Shown here: positions 11,691 to 25,206 of the stretch, piece by piece
Layout: every line of letters starts with the position of its first letter
Position numbering within the stretch: position 1 is the first letter of the stretch
Assembly (NCBI RefSeq): GCF_001194135.2
Contig: NC_068995.1
Coordinates: forward strand, 17,040,884-17,086,418
DNA length: 45,535 nt
From: Octopus bimaculoides
Taxonomy: Eukaryota
Reading direction: 5' to 3'
Notes under the pieces: model-generated
The model's database searches: none
The model's input: only the letters and a program-made list of their open reading frames with translations
Told to the model about the DNA's origin: nothing
Program-made: the position numbers and the translations under genes

Positions 11691-11754
11691 TATGAAATGG
11701 ATAAATTGTCCCACGTAGTTAGTAATATAGGAAATGTTCGCTTGGTGGCGACGA
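11691..11754 (+). repeat. 64-bp direct repeat, copy 2
   Basis: Matches 10812-10875. Confidence 0.9.
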
Positions 11755-11914
11755 AAGTAACGTCAATTATCATAGGTTACATACAAATAGTAAATGAAAT
11801 ACTCATGCGCACACACACAGACGCACACACACACAGATGCGCGCACACACACACAGATGCGCGCACACACACACAGATGCGCGCACACACACACACACAC
11901 ACGTGTGTGTATAC

Positions 11915-12036
11915 ACGACGTTTCTGTCTACTACATACACTCACAAGGCATTGATCGGTCCTGAAGTAGTCACATAGTGGAACTGAACCCAAAATCACGG
12001 GGTTGCCAATCGAACTCCTTTACAACGCAATTTGCC
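11915..12036 (-). mobile_element. SINE family A 5' fragment
   Basis: cactcacaaggcattgatcgg; gtggaactgaaccc. Confidence 0.55.
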
Positions 12037-12913
12037 TTTCATTATCGATTAGACAGTCGTGACTGGGCTGAGGTTATACAAAACAAGTGAGAGGATTAAA
12101 GAGAGAGTTGAATCGTCTCTGCGGAAGTTTTTCAGTGTGTTCGAAATGGCAACCTATATCTCTCCAAAGTATACACTTTCCTGATGTGTGCTTAAAACCA
12201 AGTTGGAAAATAGATGCAATGCTTATTGAGGGCCAGTGAGCATCATACGTGGGGAGGAGGGCCGGATGTTAACCGTTGGAATGTCTTTTACAGTAGGCAT
12301 GCTTAATCAGAGAAGGCCTCGAGTTAAATTGTTGCAACAACGAGTTACAGTTTAGCATTGGTAATATCGATTTCTATTGATTCAAGACAACTAAAACTAA
12401 TGTCTGAAGATTCGTCATAAAAGTAACATCTACCCAAGTATTGAAGTATTGCATTCATAACTTCCTATGCAATTGGGATGTTATACAATCTATAAATATC
12501 AGCATTTTCCTGAACATCGAAAGTCTCGATCAAAAGAGAGAGCATCGAAGTCAGAAACATCAGAACATTTATTGTCTTAGAGAGGAAATCACATATTGTT
12601 CGGACTGTCAAGGAGGCAGTGCGTGCAGCGCTAACTGAAAATTCAATCAACTGAGCTACCATAGATTTCAATACAATGTCTAATTATTACTGAAATAAAA
12701 TTTAATATACCAAATTTTGACAAGTCATTGTCTAATGGAACTATGGTGAAGTGTTTGAGAGCGACGAAACGATGAGTTAAAAATAAAAATTCTTAAACCT
12801 AACCCATGAATATATATACCTACATGCACACATGTATATATTTCTGTATATATCTCAGTATGTATACATATATACATCCACAGACATACACAAACACACA
12901 CACATACTTTATA

Positions 12914-12948
<35 letters not shown>

Positions 12949-13105
12949 ATATATATATATATCTTTCTCTCTGTATATACATATATATATAAAATGCTGG
13001 TATTTATACATTGTATAACATCCCAATTGCATAGGATGTTTTATATATATATATATNNNNNNNNNNNNNNNNNNNNNNNNNNNNNNNNNNNNNNNNNNNN
13101 NNNNN

Positions 13106-13153
<48 letters not shown>

Positions 13154-16100
13154 AGGGATATATTTTTGACGTAATGAGAATTTAGTAACTTCGTGAAAGT
13201 GAAATATCATGTTTTTGAACGGTGAATCTCAAAGCAGAAAATTGTGACTAAAAGCGTCAATTACACTTGCAGTAAACATGACAAGCATTCTACAATAGGA
13301 CCAAAGCAATCCATCGAATTTGTTTATCCATTCCAAATGGTATTTTAGGGCCGCACCCATCCTGCATGTTCTAATACACATTAACACACGCGCTTACACT
13401 ACTCGAATAAGCACATATCAATTGCTACATACAAGCATTTCCACATAAGCACGGTCGCACCCCCCACCCTGATTGCCTCATACACCTACTATACACAGTT
13501 TCACACACATATACACATATCCATACACATATTCATACACAAGTACACAGAACACACGTCATTCCACACAACATTGGTTTACTTATATATACACACACGC
13601 TCCGATACGCAAACACAAGCTCGAATGATCTTACACTCCCCCTCATACACTCACATGCACTCGCCTCCATTCACACAGACTTTCTTACACTATGCTTACA
13701 TACACACATGCACTTGCGCACCCTAGTTCAGCTGGCTCACCATTATTCTCTATCTTCCGGTCATTTGATTATGTTAAACCGTTAAACTCTACACATTTTC
13801 TTTTCTCTCCCTCTGCTTTTCTTTCTCTCTTCATGTGTTTGCTCTCATGCCCATCTGGCAAAGAGCATAAGCTCGAAATGTTAAAGACTGTTTCATTCTC
13901 CCCGAGATTATAACTAATAAACCTGCTTGGTGTTCTATCACATGTCCCTGTATTTTAATTTCTGTAAATTTGAACTGTACATACATACATACATACATAC
14001 ATACATACAAACATACATACATACATGCATACATTCATACATACATACATACATACATACATACATACATACGCACACATATATGTATACGCACATATAG
14101 ATTGTTTGGAGAATTTAAGCTGAGGTTAGTGATATCATATTTGGAATATATATAGCCGCATAAAGAAACATATATAACGATAGTGCATACAGATATGCTA
14201 AATCAAAACTTAAAATATATGTAATATACGATCGTATATAAAGAATAAATATCATGAATGTTCTCGGTAATGGATAGTTATGTATATATGAATGTGTATG
14301 TGTGTATACGTGTGTATGTGAGTGTATATGTGTTTGTATGTGTATGTATGAGTGTGCATGTCTACTTGTATATATGTGTATGTGTGTATGCACGTATGTA
14401 TGTCTATGTGATTAAAAGATTTAGATGTTAAAAGTACATTTAATATGCAGCGACAAACTGTGCGATGTTTATTAAAAGACAAATCAATCATACGTGGCAA
14501 GTAAGAGTATTGTAGATGTGTTTCTGCCAAAAGATTGCGTGTATTGTGAAGTACGGAAGTAAGAGATAATTACAGACAAAGATTGGGGATGGGAAGAGAG
14601 AGACTTATTTCTGTATACTTGTGTGAATGTGTATTAGCAATATTTTAAAATATTTATTTTCGAGTAGGTCTTTGAATACTACTTATATGGATTCAGAATC
14701 TGCATGACAAAGGGCTCTTGAGCTAACAAGCAAAATGCTGCACTAAAAATTGTCTAAGCTCAACTATTATCCTACATCTATTTTTCTTCATTGTGCTGTA
14801 AATTGTCTCATTCTAAATACACCCCTCATGTTTTTCCTTTTTACCTACTATGTTGTGCAGACCGAGTTCCAAATCCTACCTTTAGAGAAGTTCACTGCTG
14901 TTTGCGCATATTTTCATACAAACCATAATCGTCCATGCAGTTAGAGTAGCCTTATAAACTACTGGATAAAGTAGCCATGCAAAGCATTGTTGTCCATGCA
15001 GTTAAAATAGCCTTATCAATAAAATGATTTCCTACTGGTCTTGTGACAATATTGGATATCAAATATAATATTACCTATTTAATATCCGCTGCTGTTCGCC
15101 TTTCTGCAACTACGACTCGTATATTTGAGTGTATATGTCAAACATACCGATTTCAGTCGGAAATTTCATTCAGTATTTTATTGACCATAGAAAACAAAAC
15201 AAAAAACAAAAGCAGATTATGACATCCTGGGCAAACGTATCAGAAAGAACCGAAATATTGCATTTTCTTTTTCGCCTCACTCCGTGAATAGTTTTTTTTT
15301 TATGAATTTAGTAAGATATTTTAAAAAGATACACAAAAGAAACAAAACTCTGATGCAAAGGGCAATACGTGCCCACATCTTAAACAGTTATGGCCTCTTG
15401 CAACAGCAGTTCCACGAACAGCCCAGCAAATATTTCACGTGTCATCACTCTCCTAACGGAACATTGTTTTTTTGCCTACGCACGTATATTTCTCGTACTT
15501 TTGTTTTATACCATTTTACCTTTAACATCGCATAGAAATTTTGCTACCCCCTTTGGCGTTGATAGTAATAATCCTTGCTCAGGCACCATCATCATCATTG
15601 TTTCAAACGCATTAACTTTCTCATGATTATCCCATTTATACAACACCTCCCCACAGCAAGCTGTCCTGCATTACTACACCAAAGCCTCACACTTCATATC
15701 CCAAATTCCTCTCGATAGGAGAGCTAGAATATGTTCCTACAGAATGGCAGACATCCCAAAAGATACCTTTTTGCTCTAAAGACGTGCCCTGTAAATAGCT
15801 TTTTTACGTTATTTCACAGTTTATGAGAAGCATGGTTAACTCATATCAACATGTTTTGGTACTGGCTGCATTTTCCAAGAAAACCTTTGTATTCTGTGCA
15901 GAAGTTCAATCAGTTCAGGATTTATATGAAGGAACACGTGTATTTCATTTTGACTTCCATCTAAACGCATTAATCTCCATATTTATTACATTTCAATTGA
16001 AGTAAGGCTGAACTATAGACATTAAATTTTAAATATAGTATTATCAAATACTATATTTGGGCGTGAAATGTATAAAATATGATAAAGAAAATTTCCATTA

Positions 16101-16507
16101 TTGTATTTTTCCGCTTCCCATATTTTCTTAGACGGTCTGTTTAAAAATAAAGAGTTGTTGTAGTTATCTATTTTGAATTCAAGTATAGCTTTTGTTAAAC
16201 GGAAATATTCCAATTCCAATAATTACAGAATTGCATGAAAAATGAACGTTTCTCTATTTTCGTTTGCTTTCAATTTTAGTCTACAATCTTATAACAAATT
16301 TTCTTTTTAAAGTGGGAGATTCTTAGCAAGGCAATTCCACTTGATGGGGGCTTGATGAAGGTTAGGAAGGGCTCAAGGTTGTTTACTCGTCATGCTTTAA
16401 TATACATATATAATACCTCGCAATACTAATGGGGGCCGAACAATTTTCAGACTTAGTAAGTGGGCAACTGGCCTCGATGTGCTAACGATTCGATCGGCTC
16501 GCCGCCT

Positions 16508-16726
16508 TAATAATCTTTTCTACTCTAGGCACAAGGCCCGAAATTTTCGTGGAAGAGGTCAGTCGATTAGATCGATACCAGTAGGCAACTGATACTTAAT
16601 TTATCGACCCCTAAAGGAGGAAAGGCAAAGTCGACCTCGGTGGAATTTGAACTCAGAACGCATAAAGACACGAAATATCGCTAAGTATTTCGCTCGCCGT
16701 GCTAACGCTTCTGCCGGTTCACCGCC
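16508..16726 (-). mobile_element. SINE family B, full length; an extra head fragment abuts it at 16479-16506
   Basis: Reverse complement of the family-B head, core and agtagaaaagattatta tail. Confidence 0.9.
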
Positions 16727-17307
16727 TTTATATAATCTATATATAATGTAGACTGAAACACCATTAAGTGACTGATCGTCACTTTAGGATCGCCTGTGGT
16801 TACAGGTTTCGTTAAGGTAGACGATGGATTTTTATCTCCTTTTATTTTATTTTTTCTATATATTACTCTTCTTTTTCTCTTCTCGTTATCCTTCTTTTTC
16901 CACACATCTTCCTCATAACATCATACACGTTATTGCTATGGCGATTGATTAACCTCGTCTTTCTAGCCTCACTTGTTCACTCACCATCTGACTTACACAT
17001 CACCGTTTACATCCTAACCTCTTTCTCTACCATCGCTGAAAATCACAATCGACCACGTCTTCTAATCACCACGTTGCAAAATCCCCATTCTCTCTTTCTC
17101 ATTCTCTCTCTCTCTCACACACGAAACACACAATCAGACACAAACACACACACCACCCTCTCTCTCTCTCTTTCTCTAACACACACACCACCCTCTCTCT
17201 CTCTCTAACACGCACACACACACACACACATACTCACATTTCAGACAGCCTTTCTGCTCCTTAAAATTATTTAGACGCACTCTACATTTCTTGTTTATTT
17301 CTTATAT

Positions 17308-17514
17308 ACTCTTTTACTTGTTTCAGTCATTTGACTGTTGCCATGCTGGAGCACCGTCTTAAGTCGAAGAAATCGACCCCAGGACTTATTCTTTGTAAGC
17401 CTAGTACCTATTCTATCGGTCTCTTTTGCCGAACCGCTAAATTACGGATACCTAAACACACCAGCATCGGTTGTCAAGCGATGTTAGGGGCGGGGTACAA
17501 GCACAGACACACAA

Positions 17515-17550
<36 letters not shown>

Positions 17551-17800
17551 ATATATATATATATACATATATACGACGGGCTTCTTCCAGTTTCCATCTA
17601 CCAAATCCACTCACAAGGCTTCGATTGGCCCGAGGCTATAGTAGAAGACACTTTGCCCAAAGTGCCACGCAGTGGGACTAAACCTGGAACCATGTGGTTC
17701 GTATGCAAGCTACTGTATTTCATAAATATTTGCCATAAAGGCATTACAAAGACGGGATGAACAAGAAGCAAGCTACTTACCACACAGCCACTCCTACGCC
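17308..17800 (-). mobile_element. SINE family A, full length, with a 53-bp insertion in the head
   Basis: Same blocks as 39377-39794. Insert 17715-17767 lies between duplicated gcaagctact. Confidence 0.9.
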
Positions 17801-17989
17801 TAAATATGTTTATTTACCTCAATTAAATTTCTTCCTCTTCCCTCTCCTTGCTGGCAGCATTCTGCTGCCTTATTTCATTCGCGTTCCGCTTTCAATGCAA
17901 CAGCCTTTGCTTAGTCATAAGTAATCATAGAAAAAATAAAACATACGAAACCCTTCATTTTCGTTTTAGACTTACTCGTTTCACTCCCC

Positions 17990-18420
17990 TTCTTCAGCCT
18001 AAACGCATTTTAACAATCCAACAGCGACAACGACTGTCGTCTCTACCACAACCACGACTACATCCCGAATATTATCAGCCCCAGCACTACAACAACCACC
18101 ACAATACCTACAACAAGAGCAACCAATAATAAATGATAGGTATAAATGATATCAGCTTCAAACGTCACATTTAATAATACCACTGTAACTAAGGAAAAGA
18201 ACAAAGCAACACCGGCGGCAACAATACTAAGCCAAACAACACCAGAACAATTTATCATCACCATTGCAACCTCCATCTGCAACGAGAAAAAGAAAACCAC
18301 AACCATTATCATCACAGTCACCGCAATTACTATGACAACCACCGACACAACAATCTATACTCAAAACCACCAACACCGACACAAGCACCAGCATCAACGC
18401 CTTCAGCAAATCACCTTCCA
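17990..18420. repeat. Decayed ACA/ACC trinucleotide low-complexity tract
   Basis: Thr/Gln/His-rich translations in several frames, no unique-sequence signal. Confidence 0.7.
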
Positions 18421-18662
18421 GTCCATATTGCTCACTCTCCATTTTCCTTTGTGTCTTTGAGTTGCGACATTGATTCTTTTCGAAGCAACGAGGAAGTGAC
18501 TGCTTGCCAGCAATTGTTAATAGACTGACATTTCAAGACCCATTGCAATGTCAATCAATGTCGTCTTGTTGACCGCTCATCTGAGGTGACCAGTACATGG
18601 CAGCAAGCCAGCTAAGTGTCTGCAAATAGTTTTAAACATCTCTCTTCATTGCATTTCTTTAC

Positions 18663-18749
18663 CCCCCACCCTTCGCAACGCCATCTCTTTTCTTTTATAG
18701 CCGTCTTCGTCATCGGCAAAGGCCATCAGAATTGGTTTTACTTTGGCCT
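18663..18749 (-). CDS. Candidate 87-nt phase 1-1 exon (AKVKPILMAFADDEDGYKRKEMALRRVG), unknown product
   Basis: Acceptor attttcattgcag, donor G|gtaaag, only one open frame. No recognised homology. Confidence 0.25.
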
Positions 18750-19391
18750 CTGCAATGAAAATCTTATTCTTTATAAATAAAGATAAAAAGAAACACGTAT
18801 TTAGAAATATCTTTAAAAAGCAAAGCAAGGAATCAAATAATATGTAGGAGAAGCATTGATAGACTTGGCCTAGTATTTTGACAATAAATAATCTGCTTGC
18901 CGTGTACTAAACCCTGTATGCATATATGTGTGTGTGAATGTGTATGTGTGAGTGTGTGCATGTGTATGTGTGTTAATGTGTGTGTGTATGTGTTAGTGTG
19001 TGTGTGTGTGTGTGTGTGTGTATCAGTCGTTCCTAATCCACATATATATTAGTGTAAAAGTACAGAAGTGAATGAAACTGAAAATGTGCAGAAAATATAT
19101 GAAGTATCATATAAATTTTAATTGATTTTTATATATGCCGGTATACACACATGCACACCGCGTACACACACGCACATATCCNNNNNNNNNNNNNNNNNNN
19201 NNNNNNNNNNNNNNNNNNNNNNNNNNNNNNNNNNNNNNNNNNNNNNNNNNNNNNNNNNNNNNNNNNNNNNNNNNNNNNNNNNNNNNNNNNNNNNNNNNNN
19301 NNNNNNNNNNNNNNNNNNNNNNNNNNNNNNNNNNNNNNNNNNNNNNNNNNNNNNNNNNNNNNNNNNNNNNNNNNNNNNNNNNNNNNNNNNN

Positions 19392-19423
<32 letters not shown>

Positions 19424-19488
19424 GTGCGTGTGTGTGTGTGCCTGTGTGTACATACAGACATACACATGCACACAAATGCACATATATA

Positions 19489-19792
19489 TGGAATAGAGTA
19501 GATAAAATTCAAGCTACACATGTTTCATAGGTAGCGAAGCCTCGGAAATAGCAAATTATGCAAACGAGGGATAGATCGCAATCTACTTTTCAGGCACAGG
19601 ATACCTTCATTATATGAAGTTTACATTATCATCTGAGATTCAGTGTTAACTCGTTGCGGATTCGATCGAATCAAGATATCCTGTACTTGAAAAGTAGCTT
19701 GCGATCTACACCCTCGTTCGGATAATTTACTATTTCCGAGGCTCTGCTAGCTAGGAATCATATGTCGCTTGGATTTTATCTACACCATTCCA
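19489..19792. mobile_element. MITE-like fold-back element with ~115-bp inverted arms
   Basis: tggaatagagtagataaaattcaag...cttttcaggcacaggata is mirrored by tatcctgtacttgaaaag...cttggattttatctacaccattcca. TA runs on both sides. Confidence 0.85.
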
Positions 19793-19829
19793 TATATATG
19801 TGTATTTGTGTGTATGTCTGTGTTTGTAT

Positions 19830-19873
<44 letters not shown>

Positions 19874-21679
19874 ACACACACACACACACACACACGCATA
19901 TATATATATATATGCACACACGTTATATATATATATATGGATATGTTTTTGTATGTTTACTCGCACATACAGCAATCCCTGTTGCTAACCATGAACTGTA
20001 AAATTAACTTTTTGCAGCTTATCGTACTTCGATAGGAAAAAGAATTCATAACCTTCTGCACCAATGGACCACTATTGTTCCTTGCTAAAACCCACTAACA
20101 TCCTGCACTTTGATCCTCGAATCTTACTTTTANNNNNNNNNNNNNNNNNNNNNNNNNNNNNNNNNNNNNNNNNNNNNNNNNNNNNNNNNNNNNNNNNNNN
20201 NNNNNNNNNNNNNNNNNNNNNNNNNNNNNNNNNNNNNNNNNNNNNNNNNNNNNNNNNNNNNNNNNNNNNNNNNNNNNNNNNNNNNNNNNNNNNNNNNNNN
20301 NNNNNNNNNNNNNNNNNNNNNNNNNNNNNNNNNNNNNNNNNNNNNNNNNNNNNNNNNNNNNNNNNNNNNNNNNNNNNNNNNNNNNNNNNNNNNNNNNNNN
20401 NNNNNNNNNNNNNNNNNNNNNNNNNNNNNNNNNNNNNNNNNNNNNNNNNNNNNNNNNNNNNNNNNNNNNNNNNNNNNNNNNNNNNNNNNNNNNNNNNNNN
20501 NNNNNNNNNNNNNNNNNNNNNNNNNNNNNNNNNNNNNNNNNNNNNNNNNNNNNNNNNNNNNNNNNNNNNNNNNNNNNNNNNNNNNNNATATATATACATA
20601 TATATACAAACAGCAGATAGATAGATAGATAGATAGGTATACACTTGACCGGTATTTCAAAATGCGTGTTATGTAAAGCATTAACATGCATCAACACGAC
20701 AAAACCCACAGGACGAGTTCATATGGAAACTTACAAAACAGACCTGAACATTTTTTGTTTCAAACGTTTTGAAAAAATCTCGTCCGACGAGATGAAAAAG
20801 GAAACTAATTTTGATGATAGATAAAAATACTCTGCAGAAACATAGACACGCGTGCATGTGTGCACACGCACGTATGTGTGCACACGCACGTATGTGTGTA
20901 CATGTATGTGTGTGTTTTCATGTATTTGCTTTTCTCTTAGACATGTGTTAAAACAGTTAGAAAATATAAATTTCCTTAGTTTCGTTCAAGTTTCTAGGAA
21001 ACTATTTGGAACAGCAAAGTGCCGCAAAACAGCTGGGTATAATTGATTGATAGTGTCTGCAATGTCGACTGTTTCCAGACAAAGTAGTGAAGACATTTTT
21101 TTATTCTTCAGAAACTATTATCATTGCAAACGGCGACCAGCGGAACTAGCAGAATCGTTAAAACGGGAAAACAGTTCTGTGGTATGCTTTCGTCGCCGTC
21201 GTCATGATCATTATGAACCTCATTGCCACTGAGGTCGAACCATCAACAGAACTCCACTGTAGATGTTCATCATGCTATAGTAGTAAATAAAATATCTCGA
21301 ATCATTCCCTGAATATTGTGCTTTGGAGTAGCTTCGAACACGATTTCTGAAAAGGAAAACTGGATGAAATTATATATTATGTTAGCGACTGACAATCATA
21401 GAACGATCACCCGTCGTCACAGCTTTCGTCAGGTTTGATAAAGGCCTAAAGAACAGCAGCACTATAATTGTTTCATTTGCAATTATCATCTTTTCTTTTT
21501 TTTTCTATATCTTGTCCTTCCTTTCCTCGCCACTCTCTCCTTTTCCTCCACTTATGTCCTACACTATATGGCTATCGATTAACCTCGTCTTTCTAGCATC
21601 AGTTTTTTTTTTCATAATTAAAAAAAGAAATAGAGGTAAAAAAGTAAATACTATGCTACAACCTTATCTTTTCCCTTGT

Positions 21680-22032
21680 ACTTTTTTCAGCTACTGGGTT
21701 GCATTCATACTGGGGCCCAGCCTTAAGGATCTCACTACTTATGTTTCAAGCCTGGTACTTATTCTATCGAACTCTTTTCCGGAACCGCTATGTTATGTCG
21801 ATCCAAACAAGCCGGTTGTAAAGCGATGTTCAGGGTCAAAAACAGAAACAAACACACACATTCTCACACATACACGCACTCATACACACAAACATATGTA
21901 TGTATACATATGACTGGTTTCTTTCAGTTTGCATCTACCAAATCCAATTACAAGGCTTTGGCTGTCCCGTGGTGGCTTTCGTAGAAGACACTCGCTAAAG
22001 ATGCCTCGCAAAGGGATAGAACTTAGGACCAC
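21680..22032 (-). mobile_element. SINE family A variant, diverged
   Basis: aagcctggtacttattctatcg, ggaaccgcta, ctaccaaatcc..acaaggctttgg, gtagaagacactcgc. Confidence 0.75.
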
Positions 22033-22370
22033 GAAACAATGGAAAACGAAAATTAACACTCAACTTGCTAGCGGTTTGCTTACGTATTGCGATTTGTGAG
22101 AACAATGAATTTGTATGTGAATTTAAAACTGGTTTTATGTCAGCCCGAAAGTACAGACACTAGGTAGGTAATAGATGGACACTAATGGGTGGAAATCGAG
22201 TGGTGGTGGTGGTGGGATCCCATTTTCATATTTACAAACTTTCGGAATGAGGGCTCAGTATATGATGCAGAATTTATAAGGGTTTCGAAATGTAAATTCT
22301 CTCTTTTTTTTTTTTATTTATATCCATACTCATACGCAAACGCATATCTTTATATATACGTAAAAACACA

Positions 22371-22374
<4 letters not shown>

Positions 22375-22451
<77 letters not shown>

Positions 22452-22465
22452 ACACACACACACAG
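22375..22465. repeat. (CA)n microsatellite
   Basis: Directly visible. Confidence 0.95.
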
Positions 22466-23363
22466 ACACACATATATATATATATGTTTATGTACATACA
22501 TACTTATTTATATATGCGCGTGTGTATGTGTGTATTCGTGTGTTTGTGGGGTAGTTCGTACGTATATATGCATTCGTGCAGTTGTGTGCTTGTTTAAGTA
22601 ATTTTCTTCAGACTGTTATCTGTAATTCGAAATAGAATTGTGGATGCTTTTTCAAGCAAGTCAAATGCCTACGTTCTTTTCTATTTTTTTATGCTAACTT
22701 GTACTTTTAAATTCCAATGAACAATTCAGTTGTATTTTTGAGCGGAACAATATCTACATCGCACAACACACTTCAGTTCGGGGTGTTTACCCAGTGATAC
22801 ACACCTTGTCTCATGCAATGACAAGTGACAAGCAGCTTAGTTACTGTCATGTCTGGAACAATACTCAGATGTATCTATATAATCTTTTTTTTCTCCTATA
22901 TATTTCTTCTCTCTTCCCCTCTCTGTCTCAATCTCACTCCATTTTTCTCTCCCAATATATTTCGATTTGACAGCTACTCCAGTTTCACGTGTTGCGGCAA
23001 ATTGAGCTATGGCAGACCGTCAAATATAAGTAGTGGTCCGATATGGACAAAATGCCTGGTGGTGCTTACTTACGTCCCATTACGCTCTTAGTTAAGAAAT
23101 CACATTGACACCTTTGCTTTACATAATTCCGAAATCGATAAAAGAAAGTACCAGGCAAATAAAAGAATCGATGTAAACCTATGTAATTCTGACACAGATA
23201 GTCCAGAATCAATATGTATTTGTTAGAAATGGCCGTGTGGTCAAGAAGTTCGCTTTTCAACCATGCAGATTTGAGTTCAGTCACACTGTACAAGAACATC
23301 AGTGAATTGTTTTTCTTTTGCACCTTCGGACACCCGCAATGTATATTAGTATTACGAGCCTCA

Positions 23364-23579
23364 GGTGGTGAGCTGGCAGAATCGTTAGCACGCCGGACAA
23401 AATTCTTAGAGGCTTCTACGTTTTGAGTTCAAATCCCGCCGGGATCGACTTTGCCTATCGTCCTTTCGGGGTTGATAAATTTAATACTATTTGCGTACTG
23501 GGGTCGATGTAATCGGCTCACCCCTTCCTCCGAAATTTGAGGCCTTATACCTATTATAGAAAGGATTATTATTATTATT
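23364..23579 (+). mobile_element. SINE family B, tail type aaatttgaggcc...agaaaggattattatt
   Basis: Same head and core as 39152; ends in (ATT)n. Confidence 0.9.
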
Positions 23580-23583
23580 TTTA

Positions 23584-23849
23584 TTGTATGAAAACTCACA
23601 GCTTAGTTTGCGCCGTATGATGGAAAGTGTCAGATGTCTACAACCAGCAGACTAAGGTGACACTTGTTTACAGGTCATGCTTCAAGAACCCTGCGAAGAA
23701 TTCTTACAGCGGCAGGCAATGTTGATTTTTCTAGGTCTTCTACCTTCACTTTTGCCCCGACGTTTTTCAACCATGTTGGTAGTTGAGTGCTAATATTTCC
23801 AAGTGCACCAATTACTACTCGTACCACGTTTACTCTCTTCATTGACCAC
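23584..23849 (-). mobile_element. 5'-truncated RLE-type non-LTR retrotransposon fragment (R4/Dong-like): ORF C-terminus + 3' UTR
   Basis: Translates WSMKRVNVVRVVIGALGNISTQLPTWLKNVGAKVKVEDLEKSTLPAAVRILRRVLEA* (stop at 23675-23677), matching the V..VVIGALG...L.K..L...RILRRVL end motif I recognise from R4/Dong-clade ORFs. Bordered by (ATT)n on both sides. Confidence 0.75.
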
Positions 23850-23955
23850 ATTATTATTATTATTGAAGCCCCACGCTTTATGTCTATCTCTGTACTGTCC
23901 ACCTCGTCCTTCGCCCTTGTGGTAAATAAATGAAATTATTATTATTATTATTATT

Positions 23956-24720
<765 letters not shown>

Positions 24721-24797
24721 GTTGTTGTTGTTGTCATTGTTGTTGTTGTTGTTGTTGTTGTTACTATTATTGTTGTCATCACCGTCATCAACGCTAA

Positions 24798-25015
24798 GGC
24801 ATGGAGCCGGCAGAATCGTTAGCATGCCAGAAGAAACACTTACGGGCATTTCGTTCATGTTTATGTTGAACTCAAATACCTCCAAGTTCGACTTCGCTTT
24901 TCATTCATTCACGGCCAATAAAGTAATTATCTGCTAAGCACTAAGGTCGATGTTATCCACTTACACCGACCACAGAATTGCTGGCGCTGTGCCACAAATT
25001 GAAAAAAAATATTAT
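24798..25015 (+). mobile_element. SINE family B, diverged
   Basis: gccggcagaatcgttagca head; aattgctggcgctgtgccacaaattgaa tail. Confidence 0.8.
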
Positions 25016-25149
25016 TGCTATTATTTCACTGCCATGAAAATGTTGATTATGATAAAACAGTGATTGTGAGGATGACTGCAACGATAATCCTAACGCATAT
25101 GTCAACCAGAATTATGGTGGGACGGATAGCCATGTTCAATGGGATGCGA

Positions 25150-25168
25150 TTGCTGGTGTTGTTGTTGT

Positions 25169-25206
<38 letters not shown>

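Noticed and set aside
11620-11756. Plus-strand exon candidate after a strong acceptor (tttgtttcag)
   Set aside because: Overlaps the 64-bp duplication whose differences are all nonsynonymous; no compatible partner exons found.
12590-12655. VKEAVRAAL resembling a mariner transposase C-terminus
   Set aside because: Too short; upstream residues do not fit.
16330-16470. Possible hAT-type MITE remnant
   Set aside because: Only vague recollected similarity; no TIR pair or TSD visible.
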